A stretch of 25,896 nt of DNA from a virus (taxonomy: Duplodnaviria; Caudoviricetes): positions 1-25,896 of the IMG/VR virus record IMGVR_UViG_3300037634_007128, one strand, 5' to 3'. Under the pieces are notes generated by a model. It was not told the origin of the DNA. It saw only the letters and a list, made by a program, of their open reading frames with translations, and did not search any database. A program made the translations under genes and the position numbers. Shown piece by piece: positions 15,098 to 23,738 of the stretch; position 1 is the stretch's first letter; each line of letters begins with the position of its first letter.

Positions 15098-18088
15098 TCA
15101 ATCATCGAAAGATGCTCCAGTACTGGCAACTGTAAAGTCAATTGCAATGTATTCAATTGCTCTGGCTGGTTTGACCATAATTTTTGCATACATGATATTC
15201 TGATCAACAAGGTCAGGTGTAGTTGTCGTTTCGTCCAAAATTAGACGATACTCTGTAATACCAAATCTGGCCTGGACACCTCTTAAGAGAGGGTTAACTA
15301 ATGACTTGAAGCGATTCCAGGTCGTAGTCACATTTTGGTCGAATAACACCTTGGTTGAAAGTCTTGAAATTTCTTTCTTCAGGTAAATCATCAGGCGTCG
15401 AACATTAATGCGATCGAGCGCCGAAGTGCGTGCCTGTAGAGTTTTCTGGCCAAAGATGACAATACCTTCTGACGGGAAGCTAGCAATCGGATTAATTCTA
15501 GAATCGTAGAGCTTGTCTCTATCTTTCGAGGTAAGGCGTTCGCGAACACCGGTGACTGCCAATCCTGCAGATCCCTCGGTTAAGCCTCCGCGGTTGAATC
15601 CTGCTGGAGCAAACCAGACAGCTGACCTTCTCTCGGAACTAGCAAAAGTCCCCAAAGCAACAACTGAGGGTGGCAACCAAACGGACTGGCCTGTTCCACT
15701 ATCATTAATCATGATCCAGGGATAATAAGCACAACCGTAGCTGCTGTCAATGTTTCTATTCTGTAGATTTGACACCACATCGGCTACGGAACCTCTTCGA
15801 TCCGATGGCGCGGTGGTATTTTCAGTGAAAGGCACATACCCGCCATCCAAATCAACGATCGCCAAGGCATCGCCGCGATTCTCACATGTCGATATAATGT
15901 GGTCTGTTAGCGTATTTTCTGTAAGGCCGGGCATCGTCAAAAGATTCATCTCAACAAATTCCGGATCTGCAACTGTATCAATTGCTCTCTTGATTGAATA
16001 ATAGGCGTAACTATTATATTCGGTACCAGAGGAGAGTCCAGTGTTTCTGAACGGCTCGGATTCTGTAATATCTAGTCCATCTGATCCGCCGAAAAATGGT
16101 GCCGTAAATTTATCATACCCCATTTCTAGACAGCGGCCGTAGCTAGAGCTGTTAACAGATGTACTGCGAGCGCGGGATCCAGACTCATACACAAGCACAT
16201 CGCCCAAGTTGCTCTCATGACGAAGATCGTCCAAAGAGAATACCCAAGAGAATTCCGTCAAGCCATCGCTTGAAGTGTTGAAAGTGTCGAACGCAGAGCA
16301 AACAGGGCGACAATGATCCGGAATACTTGGATCGTATTCGAGAGATGTAGCCGTCTTTGTGGTCTGGAATCCAAAGTATGCGTTTGTTGGGTCGGTGAGC
16401 GCTCCATCGGAAGACGAAACTCTCAATGGCACAGCAGGAAATTCAATGTTACCGGTAATTGCTAGATGGCCAACATTGACAAACAAGTCATCGATATCTG
16501 CCACAGCGTGTACTGCAGTGCCGCTACCACCACCACCAGGGATGTCTCCAGCAAATCTAGCAAAGACATTGAAGCCCTTATTGTTTGCTCCTGCGGATCC
16601 GCCGCCGCCTTGCCAAACTGAATCTACGCCGCTGCCGGCGGCGCCGCTGATGAAGGAGTACGATCCATATCTAACCGGACCATGAACACCATATGGTAAT
16701 AATACAGGGTTGGTCACGCCAGAATCGACATCCTCGTTCATCACAACTCGGATAAACTTAGAATTATTCTTGTATCTTCCATATGACCTAAGTCTTTTCT
16801 CAACATCGCTCCACTTAACATACATATTACCAATTCTACGTGCGATGTAGTTAGGAGATGTTGGATCCAAGCTTAAGTTGGAAAACCTCTCAACTAGCTG
16901 GACCGCGTTGTCGTTATCTTCGATCCTTCGAACCTCGATCGCAAAAGAGCCAACTGGGTCAATATCTGGTCTTGTTGACTTCTTAATATCGGTAATAGAA
17001 ACTTTAAGATTTCTCTGGAGCCATTCGCCATGACTTAAGCCAACAAGCTTAAAAAGCTTCTGCATGTCTTCTGGGGCATAGCTGGTCGCATTTGCTGTAT
17101 CAAGGTGCTGCGATATAAACCATCCAGTTTCACAATCTTGCATCGCTCTTTTTTGAAGTCCGTGGTGATTGCTACCACTACCAATTCCAGTAATCCAGCC
17201 ATGAGATGCGCCATCGTTGGTGGCTGTAACGTCACCCTTTGCCAGCACCTTTCTTAGAGCGTTATCATACGTCTCGCCAAGCCAGTATTTCTCTACCTGG
17301 GCGGTTCTCGTAACTGTTGTATTTGTCAAAATTGGGTTTGTGTTAAAGACTTTGCGAATATAAATATCGGAGGTATCATCAAAGTTGAAAGATGCCAACT
17401 TCACAGTGCTTCCATCAGCGTCCTTAATAATTGCCTTGAATTCGTGATTTGCGCCTTCGTTGTTCAACAGGATACCGGAACCAGAAAGCGCGACTTCATC
17501 CCCGCCGTGCAAGTGACCAGTATCACTACCGGTAAGTTCGATTGATCCCTCTTGCAGATACCAAACAGCAGCTAATGTACCGGACATCTGCTTGCCAGAA
17601 TGATCAGCGCCGGCATCAACACCCGGTGGGGCCGCAACTGCCGAAGAGCCCGACTCGATAATAAACAATCCATAGGCGCCGCCATTGCTGGCCCGTGACG
17701 CGTTGTGTGACGCGTCGGTCTTCCAGCCGGCTTTTCCGGATCCAGCAGAAGTTGTTTCATTGTCATGATAGTCGCCTAGTAGACGGATCATTGTGACTGG
17801 GCCGACTCCAGCTCTCAAATAAGCTTGTGCGGCATAAGCTGCATATGTGGGTCCAACGTAGTTTCCGTGGCGCCAAACATCGTTGTTTCTGCCCCCGGGA
17901 ATAGGCATACCGTAAACATCGACAAACTCTGAAAACGATGAAACTTTAACCGGACGGAGCCCGGGGCCGCGTTCGGTTCTTCCGATAATAACTGGGCCAA
18001 CGCCGGCGGGCGCTTTTGGCACGAAAGAATTATCGATTTCATTTACGAATATTCCTGGGGATACAAACTTAAATTTTTTAACTGACAT
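15098..18088 (-). CDS. gp18: Contractile tail sheath protein (T4 gp18-like, 996 aa)
   Basis: N-terminal FVSPGIFVNEIDNS; C-terminal YYPW, WFAPAGFNRG, INPI, GQKTLQ, LDRINVRRL and PARAIEYI motifs. SD AAGGAG. Confidence 0.95.
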   Translation of the reverse strand: MSVKKFKFVSPGIFVNEIDNSFVPKAPAGVGPVIIGRTERGPGLRPVKVSSFSEFVDVYGMPIPGGRNNDVWRHGNYVGPTYAAYAAQAYLRAGVGPVTMIRLLGDYHDNETTSAGSGKAGWKTDASHNASRASNGGAYGLFIIESGSSAVAAPPGVDAGADHSGKQMSGTLAAVWYLQEGSIELTGSDTGHLHGGDEVALSGSGILLNNEGANHEFKAIIKDADGSTVKLASFNFDDTSDIYIRKVFNTNPILTNTTVTRTAQVEKYWLGETYDNALRKVLAKGDVTATNDGASHGWITGIGSGSNHHGLQKRAMQDCETGWFISQHLDTANATSYAPEDMQKLFKLVGLSHGEWLQRNLKVSITDIKKSTRPDIDPVGSFAIEVRRIEDNDNAVQLVERFSNLSLDPTSPNYIARRIGNMYVKWSDVEKRLRSYGRYKNNSKFIRVVMNEDVDSGVTNPVLLPYGVHGPVRYGSYSFISGAAGSGVDSVWQGGGGSAGANNKGFNVFARFAGDIPGGGGSGTAVHAVADIDDLFVNVGHLAITGNIEFPAVPLRVSSSDGALTDPTNAYFGFQTTKTATSLEYDPSIPDHCRPVCSAFDTFNTSSDGLTEFSWVFSLDDLRHESNLGDVLVYESGSRARSTSVNSSSYGRCLEMGYDKFTAPFFGGSDGLDITESEPFRNTGLSSGTEYNSYAYYSIKRAIDTVADPEFVEMNLLTMPGLTENTLTDHIISTCENRGDALAIVDLDGGYVPFTENTTAPSDRRGSVADVVSNLQNRNIDSSYGCAYYPWIMINDSGTGQSVWLPPSVVALGTFASSERRSAVWFAPAGFNRGGLTEGSAGLAVTGVRERLTSKDRDKLYDSRINPIASFPSEGIVIFGQKTLQARTSALDRINVRRLMIYLKKEISRLSTKVLFDQNVTTTWNRFKSLVNPLLRGVQARFGITEYRLILDETTTTPDLVDQNIMYAKIMVKPARAIEYIAIDFTVASTGASFDD

Positions 18089-18160
18089 ATTGGGGATTCT
18101 CCTTAAGAGCCATATTGCTAGATATCATTTCATAAACATATATTATGACTTTTCATGTAG

Positions 18161-18168
18161 TAAATAGT
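18161..18168 (-). promoter_or_regulatory. Putative late promoter ACTATTTA
   Basis: Motif copy in the 125-nt gap upstream of the sheath gene. Confidence 0.65.
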
Positions 18169-18213
18169 TGGTTTCGCTTCTAAAGTCCCACAACATTTTA
18201 AAATTAATCAATG

Positions 18214-19317
18214 CTAAATACTAATAAATGATGGATCCGATAACTCAGTTCCGGTATCGGTCGCTGGGGAGGCCTCTGGGTTCTGAGATTGGGCTTGAGA
18301 AGCTGCTGATTGTTGATCAGCATAAGAGCGTGTCGTGTTTGCTGCAGGAACTGATGGCATGGCCTCTGGATTATTAGAAGTTTCGGCTGGATCTACCGCT
18401 TCAGGGTGCCTATCGCCCAATATGGTACGCTCCCGGGGTGGGGTAAATTCGACTGCATTTTCTCTAATTGTAATTTTCGGCCTCTCTTGGTTGTCGCCTT
18501 CTCCGATTAAGTGTCCAAGAACTCTAATATCAAATTTTGTCTCAAAAATCCTTTCCTCTTCGCCTATGTCACTCGCATTATTATTAGAGCCAAAATCTTT
18601 AGGCAAAAACCCTTCAAACCTGTGGCCGTCTGCATGAAGGTTAAAATTATTTATCTGGCCAGTTCTTACTAAGAATGGCGTCAGCAGCTCATTAATCTGT
18701 TGCTGGTATTCTGTCTTTAAGGTGATCGAATAATTCAAATTAACATAAACAGGTAAAGGTATAGACATTGTTTCGTAAACAATTAATTTATTGGCTCTAG
18801 GATAGTATTGCTGCGCATCGCCAACAGAACTGCTGGCAAAGGATCCAGGGGCAACATCATCAGAATTGTCGGTATCTCTTCCGCCGCCGACTTTGCGCGC
18901 AGCTCGATTCGATGCAAATAGCGAAGTTTTTTCTTGATTGATTTTTCGCCCTATTTTAACTGTACCGCCGCGGGCGTCATTAACAGGAAAAATATTTGCT
19001 GTCAATCTTCCATGCATTGTTGGATCCTTCACCACTGAAGTTCTTTCGATCGTAATAAGGGGTAGCTTAAGGTTTCCATTATCATCTCTTAATTCCTTAT
19101 TATTTTTAATTTGAAAAGCTCTTTCAGTGGAGACCCAAATGACAGGCACCCTTTTTCTTCCCTTGTTGGTCGTTGCAAAGATTCTTAATTCTTCATATAG
19201 CCAATTATATAATGCCTGATCTATCGTTTCCAGCGAAGATGGCTGAAATTCGATGGTTTTTATTGGCGCCAACTCTGGATGTTCCCAATCCGGTGGCTCT
19301 AGAAAATCAACTGCCAT
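18214..19317 (-). CDS. Tail completion / sheath terminator protein (T4 gp15-like)
   Basis: Lies between the neck genes and the sheath. VPVIW...ER, LPLITIER and PVYVNLNYSITL motifs. Start re-called at ATG 19317 (MAVDF) after GAGGG, overlapping the upstream stop. Low-complexity C-terminal tail. Confidence 0.7.
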   Translation of the reverse strand: MAVDFLEPPDWEHPELAPIKTIEFQPSSLETIDQALYNWLYEELRIFATTNKGRKRVPVIWVSTERAFQIKNNKELRDDNGNLKLPLITIERTSVVKDPTMHGRLTANIFPVNDARGGTVKIGRKINQEKTSLFASNRAARKVGGGRDTDNSDDVAPGSFASSSVGDAQQYYPRANKLIVYETMSIPLPVYVNLNYSITLKTEYQQQINELLTPFLVRTGQINNFNLHADGHRFEGFLPKDFGSNNNASDIGEEERIFETKFDIRVLGHLIGEGDNQERPKITIRENAVEFTPPRERTILGDRHPEAVDPAETSNNPEAMPSVPAANTTRSYADQQSAASQAQSQNPEASPATDTGTELSDPSFISI

Positions 19318-19795
19318 CAAAAAGACCCTCTCTTGCGCGTACACATCTAGCCACAATCTCCACTCTATGATCAATTTGGCCGAACAATTGTTTAGGTTCT
19401 GCTAGTGTTACTATCTCATAATATATATCACCATATAAAACAAAGTCGCCCTCGCGAACAAACAAATCTTGATCCTCAGTTAGTCTTCTCTTGTGGAAGT
19501 GTATATTAATGGCCACCTCTTTGTCTAAGGCGGCGCTAGCGGCGAACTTTGTTTTAATTCCCTCAAACTCAACCAAGGCATAAACGCGGACAGGGGGTAA
19601 AAATGTTTTTTCTATCGCTTCGCCATAGAGTGGGTGAAAATTTGTTCGACTAACATCAATTGGATAATAAATAATTTGCTGTCCAATTACACGTTCAATT
19701 AATTCGTCATTTACTTGTTTAACAAGATCGCGCTCTTTCTTTCCCAAGAAAAGCGGAGGCGGTGGGGCTTCTGGTTGTTTCCAATCGTCAGACAT
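19307..19795 (-). CDS. Head completion / neck protein (T4 gp14-like)
   Basis: ELIERVIGQQIIYY...HPLYGEA...REGDFVLY...YEIV pattern and position after the gp13-like gene. Confidence 0.7.
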   Translation of the reverse strand: MSDDWKQPEAPPPPLFLGKKERDLVKQVNDELIERVIGQQIIYYPIDVSRTNFHPLYGEAIEKTFLPPVRVYALVEFEGIKTKFAASAALDKEVAINIHFHKRRLTEDQDLFVREGDFVLYGDIYYEIVTLAEPKQLFGQIDHRVEIVARCVRAREGLFDGS

Positions 19796-19799
19796 TTAT

Positions 19800-21125
19800 T
19801 TACCCTACAAATATTGGCAACGGAGATTCCTTAAGAATCTTATTTGTCGCCTCAACAAGCTCTGCATCTCCTTTAATAAGGTCAGTATACTCAAGAAGAT
19901 CAAGGACTTCTTTAAGCTCTGTTCGCAGTTTATCCTGCTCGTCTTTTCCTTCGGTTATTAGCGCGGGCCCGTTTAATGTTACGGATTCGCCTGGAATTGG
20001 AACTGTGGAAAACTTGCTCCTAATCTGGCCAAGCGTCTCTTTTGTGAGAGCCAGCGCAAACCTTCGGATCCATTGTTTTCCAATTGCATTTATATTTTCA
20101 TATGGTACATTATCAAACGGCAATGTATTCATATTATTAACACCAGCAGTTCCAATGGTTGACTCGTTCGAATATTCATCCCAAACATTAGTTTGAATTG
20201 TGAACTCAACCCAAAAATATTCTGGGGCGTGAGCGTCTGGAATTGGGTACAGTCTTAATTTATTGTTCCTAAGATCATACGAATAGTGAGATATCCTTGT
20301 ATATATCGAGTCTTCATATGCCATGGCCTGCAGTTTATTTTGCCACGCCGGTATTAATTCAAACGTAGAATCGTCCGAAAATTGACCATATGTATTTAAA
20401 TTACCAACAACACCAATTCCACCATAATATCCATAGAACCTCCACATGGCTTGTGGTGTCTTATAATAAACTTTTCTAACTAGAATCTTTTTATATCCAT
20501 TATCATTACCATCTGTCAATAACCCGGCAAACGGAACACTTCCATTACCAGCAGCGTCAGAATTGTTAACTGATGCGGAAACAATCAGATCTTGCAAATC
20601 ATATTCTTGCTGAGACTTGACTGTTGCAATCGATGCAGAATAAAATGGCTGAGTACCTCCGATTCCCGCCTCATCAGAAAGACCATCGGCAACTCGGCGG
20701 GCGTATGCAAATTCGAATCTTGGATATTTTAAGTTTACACCTTCAGGGCCTGTAACTACATTTCCACGATGATCAAATGTTCCTGTTGTATTTCCAAGAG
20801 CATCAGACAAGATGTTTTTTGATTGATGTATATTAATTATATATGAATACTCTAAACACGCTTCTTCATAAGCTGCATAAACATTTGAGGCAGATAATTC
20901 AATATCTAATACTTCGCCACCTAATTTTCTATAAGTGTATTCAACCTGGGCAGCAGCACCTGATAAAAAAGATTCTGTTCCAGTTGTAAAAGTGTTGTTA
21001 TTTGAGTCTGTGTACTTTACATATGCACCAATTGCCAAAGAGCCGGATACGTCATCTGCGTTTCCCGTGACTGGCAAAATAGATTTGCTTGTTTGACTTA
21101 CTGGTGTTAGTGTTGGGCGCGCCAT
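19800..21125 (-). CDS. Neck / head-tail adaptor protein (T4 gp13-like)
   Basis: YRKLGGEVLDIEL at the N-terminus and WIRRFALALTKETLGQIRSKF...PG..VTLNG at the C-terminus. Start re-called at ATG 21125 (MARPT) after GGAGG. Confidence 0.8.
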   Translation of the reverse strand: MARPTLTPVSQTSKSILPVTGNADDVSGSLAIGAYVKYTDSNNNTFTTGTESFLSGAAAQVEYTYRKLGGEVLDIELSASNVYAAYEEACLEYSYIINIHQSKNILSDALGNTTGTFDHRGNVVTGPEGVNLKYPRFEFAYARRVADGLSDEAGIGGTQPFYSASIATVKSQQEYDLQDLIVSASVNNSDAAGNGSVPFAGLLTDGNDNGYKKILVRKVYYKTPQAMWRFYGYYGGIGVVGNLNTYGQFSDDSTFELIPAWQNKLQAMAYEDSIYTRISHYSYDLRNNKLRLYPIPDAHAPEYFWVEFTIQTNVWDEYSNESTIGTAGVNNMNTLPFDNVPYENINAIGKQWIRRFALALTKETLGQIRSKFSTVPIPGESVTLNGPALITEGKDEQDKLRTELKEVLDLLEYTDLIKGDAELVEATNKILKESPLPIFVG

Positions 21126-21146
21126 GCATAAATCCCTCCGTATCAA

Positions 21147-21154
21147 TAATTAGT
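21147..21154 (-). promoter_or_regulatory. Putative late promoter ACTAATTA
   Basis: Motif copy 21 nt upstream of ATG 21125, just downstream of a terminator. Confidence 0.65.
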
Positions 21155-21160
21155 TTTCTG

Positions 21161-21194
21161 AAATAGAAAACCCCGACCCACAATGGGGTCGGGG
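21161..21194 (-). terminator. Intrinsic terminator
   Basis: mRNA CCCCGACCC-CATTGT-GGGTCGGGG-TTTTCTATTT: perfect 9-bp GC-rich stem plus U-rich tail. Confidence 0.85.
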
Positions 21195-21232
21195 AAAAAT
21201 AAAGATTTTTTAAAACAAAATTAGAATATCAA

Positions 21233-21691
21233 TTATGACAAAGTAATGGCGTCATTCTGCTCGGCTTGAATTTGACAATACCAATTGGTGCCGTCAGTGA
21301 AGATTTCAATATAATCTCCAATCTGAGCTTTGCTAGCAACAAACGTAAGAACGTCAGTCCCGGTACCATTGGTCAAATCTCCAGCTCCACCTTCAGAATT
21401 CATAACGGATCCATACATGTTGTTACCATCGCCAGCAGTTGCGTTGACTAAATAAGCAGTCGTTGGTGCAACTTTGACGATAAAACGAGCCCACCACCCA
21501 GGACCAGCATCAGATGCATTTGGAAGAGTTACAGCGAACCCTCCAGCGGTACCAAGAGTGTAGACATGTCCACAATCATCTTTGTCAACAGTGGTAGCGG
21601 CAGTTAAAGCCACAACCTTTTTACGGTATGGAATTCCCGTATGATGTTTCATTATTTTTTTCAGTCTTGCGACATTCATTGAAATAGGCAT
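21233..21691 (-). CDS. Putative capsid decoration / fibre-like virion protein (152 aa)
   Basis: Directly after the capsid gene with its own promoter motif and SD AGGAGG. Beta-rich with VTLPNA...G...F and GDYIEIFTDGTNWY patterns typical of phage fibre modules. Function is inferred. Confidence 0.55.
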   Translation of the reverse strand: MPISMNVARLKKIMKHHTGIPYRKKVVALTAATTVDKDDCGHVYTLGTAGGFAVTLPNASDAGPGWWARFIVKVAPTTAYLVNATAGDGNNMYGSVMNSEGGAGDLTNGTGTDVLTFVASKAQIGDYIEIFTDGTNWYCQIQAEQNDAITLS

Positions 21692-21769
21692 ATTTTTTTC
21701 CCTCCTAAAGTATTAAATATAATCCCGATAAAAGATCCGCTGACCAGCAGCGAGTTCCCTCATCACTCT

Positions 21770-21777
21770 TAAATAGT
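21770..21777 (-). promoter_or_regulatory. Putative late promoter ACTATTTA
   Basis: Motif copy about 10 nt after the U-tract of the capsid terminator. Confidence 0.65.
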
Positions 21778-21787
21778 GCCTCAAAGC

Positions 21788-21815
21788 AAAAAACCCCCGC
21801 TCTTGCGAACGGGGG
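21788..21815 (-). terminator. Intrinsic terminator after the major capsid gene
   Basis: mRNA CCCCCGTTC-GCAA-GAGCGGGGG-TTTTTT: 9-bp stem with one G-U pair, GNRA tetraloop and U6 tail. Confidence 0.9.
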
Positions 21816-21837
21816 CTTCTTATTTTTGGTTTATCGA

Positions 21838-23706
21838 TTAGCTCTCGGAGCCGCTCTCACCAAGTAGGCCGCGTACAATTACGAGTCCATACATATCGGG
21901 ACGAACCATCTTCTTGGCGTACCGAGTCATCACACCCTTGCGGGGTACGAAGTCCTCGACACCGAAGATCGTAGGAGTCACCTGTAGAGGGACGTATGGG
22001 GCGTAAACGTAGCCACTTTCGAGGAAGCTACCACCCTGACGGCCAACTAGGACGACATTCCGAGGGAAGTAAGGATCGACGTAAACGTCGAACTTTCTAC
22101 TCAAAGAACCGGTCTTGACTGCACCAATCTGTCCCTTGTCATCATCGTGGGTAACGCTTGCGCGGAATCCAGAGGTGAATTCAAGGATGTTGGCAACCTC
22201 GGGGCTGCAAACGACATAATTAGCACCGCCACGTAGCGTCTTACGATGGATCTGAGCGGATACATCATTGATTGTCTCAATGAGAGTCTCATACCATTCG
22301 GACACTGTACCGGTGAAGTCGGGAGCCTTAGTGGCAGCACCAACTTCTGCGCCAGTCTCGCGCTCAACAAACATTCCAGGCATTCTTGCCCAGTAGTAAG
22401 TTGCGGCGGTGGCGCCCTGAACCAAGTCGTTGAGGATCTCGCGATCGATCTCAAGAGCAATTTGCTCAGAGAGGATGCTAGTAAGCTCAACTTCGGCATC
22501 AAGGTTGTGGTAAGCGTTAAGATCCTGTCCTAACTCTGGAGTCCACTTAGCCTTGAGCTTCTTGGTCTTGGCAGTTACAGCAACGGAGTCAACCTTCAGG
22601 TCGATCTCGGGAATGTTTTCTTCATTCTCCAGTCCCCAGGTGCTAGCACCTACAACGGAACCAATTGCTCCACCAGCCTGAAATTTGTCGTCAATTGCAA
22701 AAGTGACGGCAAGATCCTTAGCATTCAAGTGCGTCTTAACATCCTCGAAAGGTCCATCGTGAGAACCAGGATTACTTGCAGTACTCTCCCACACCATGAG
22801 GAAAGATGTGTCTGTAGCGTTGGTAACATCTAGATCGCGAGGGCCAGCATCTTTTTTATCGGCCGATCTTCCAATCAGCTGAGTCAAGCGCTTAACCTGA
22901 CGACATTTTGCAATGTCATAAGAGCTAGAAGAGCCTGCATTTGCGGCACCACTAGTACCCTGACCAGTAATTGAAATAAGATTGTCCAGATTAAGCTGGG
23001 ACACTCCCGAAAGGCCCGGCGCCGTGGTGATAACGACCGCAGAACCAGAAAGATCTGGGTCGTACTTAACAAGCTTGCTGAGCGAGGTTGCAACTTGGGA
23101 TCCCCCAATTGAGGCGACCGTTACAGCACCATCAACATCGTCGCCGGTACCAGAACCAACAACACCAGAAGCAACAACAACATGGTCAGTTGTAAAAGTA
23201 GCAGATCCAGTTGGGGAGGCGTAACCCTGTGCTAGAGAGTAAAACCCTCTTTCAAGATCATCGCCAGAAAGACTGACACCACCAGTGATTTCAGAAGCAA
23301 CACGGCCACCACCATACAGGGACACCTTACTGTTAGAGTAATTTGAACCGGTCTGGGTTAGACGGACGGAATTCATCTGGAAATCCATGAAGAAAATGAG
23401 TCCAGAGGGCAAGCTCATTGGCTGAACAGACACAAGGTCGTTAGCAATAAGACCACCGAAGACTCGACGGACGATGGGGAATGCGACTGCGGCAAAACCC
23501 TCAACGTCTCCACCGGACATTGTAGAAGCCTCTCGAAGAAGTTCCTTTGCCTGATTCTCTAGTAGACGAGCCATGCCGTTCTTTGTACGGTCATTGCCCA
23601 ATCCTTCTAGAAGACCAGTGCGCTCCCACTTACTGAGAAGCGCGGTACCTTCTTTCTTAAGGTCTCGATTTACAATGCCTTCAGTTAATTTATTTAAAAT
23701 AGACAT
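21838..23706 (-). CDS. gp23: Major capsid protein (T4 gp23-like, 622 aa)
   Basis: PIVRRVF...LVSVQPMSLPSGLIF, AKTKKLKAKWTPELGQDLNAYHNLDAEVEL, EIDREI, YAPYVPL and GVMTRYA are gp23-family motifs. SD AAGGAG. Confidence 0.95.
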   Translation of the reverse strand: MSILNKLTEGIVNRDLKKEGTALLSKWERTGLLEGLGNDRTKNGMARLLENQAKELLREASTMSGGDVEGFAAVAFPIVRRVFGGLIANDLVSVQPMSLPSGLIFFMDFQMNSVRLTQTGSNYSNSKVSLYGGGRVASEITGGVSLSGDDLERGFYSLAQGYASPTGSATFTTDHVVVASGVVGSGTGDDVDGAVTVASIGGSQVATSLSKLVKYDPDLSGSAVVITTAPGLSGVSQLNLDNLISITGQGTSGAANAGSSSSYDIAKCRQVKRLTQLIGRSADKKDAGPRDLDVTNATDTSFLMVWESTASNPGSHDGPFEDVKTHLNAKDLAVTFAIDDKFQAGGAIGSVVGASTWGLENEENIPEIDLKVDSVAVTAKTKKLKAKWTPELGQDLNAYHNLDAEVELTSILSEQIALEIDREILNDLVQGATAATYYWARMPGMFVERETGAEVGAATKAPDFTGTVSEWYETLIETINDVSAQIHRKTLRGGANYVVCSPEVANILEFTSGFRASVTHDDDKGQIGAVKTGSLSRKFDVYVDPYFPRNVVLVGRQGGSFLESGYVYAPYVPLQVTPTIFGVEDFVPRKGVMTRYAKKMVRPDMYGLVIVRGLLGESGSES

Positions 23707-23738
23707 AATTTTTTAATCTCCTTAATGATTTTTATTAT

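Noticed and set aside
8281-18088. Extracellular contractile injection system or tailocin
   Set aside because: Contiguous capsid, scaffold and neck genes show that this is a complete phage virion module.
18130-18148. TCATAA...TTATGA inverted repeat in the sheath leader
   Set aside because: It is a 6-bp AT-rich stem in an AT-rich gap and is too weak to support a call.
18205-18216. Possible stop-codon reassignment, as found in some large phages
   Set aside because: Genes end in TAA, TAG and TGA at sensible positions, long ORFs are uninterrupted under the standard code, and the TAG at 18214 is followed two codons later by TGA.
21755-21766. TGATGAG resembling a hammerhead ribozyme core
   Set aside because: The preceding base is G rather than C (CUGAUGA is required), and no matching GAAA and three-stem arrangement was found.
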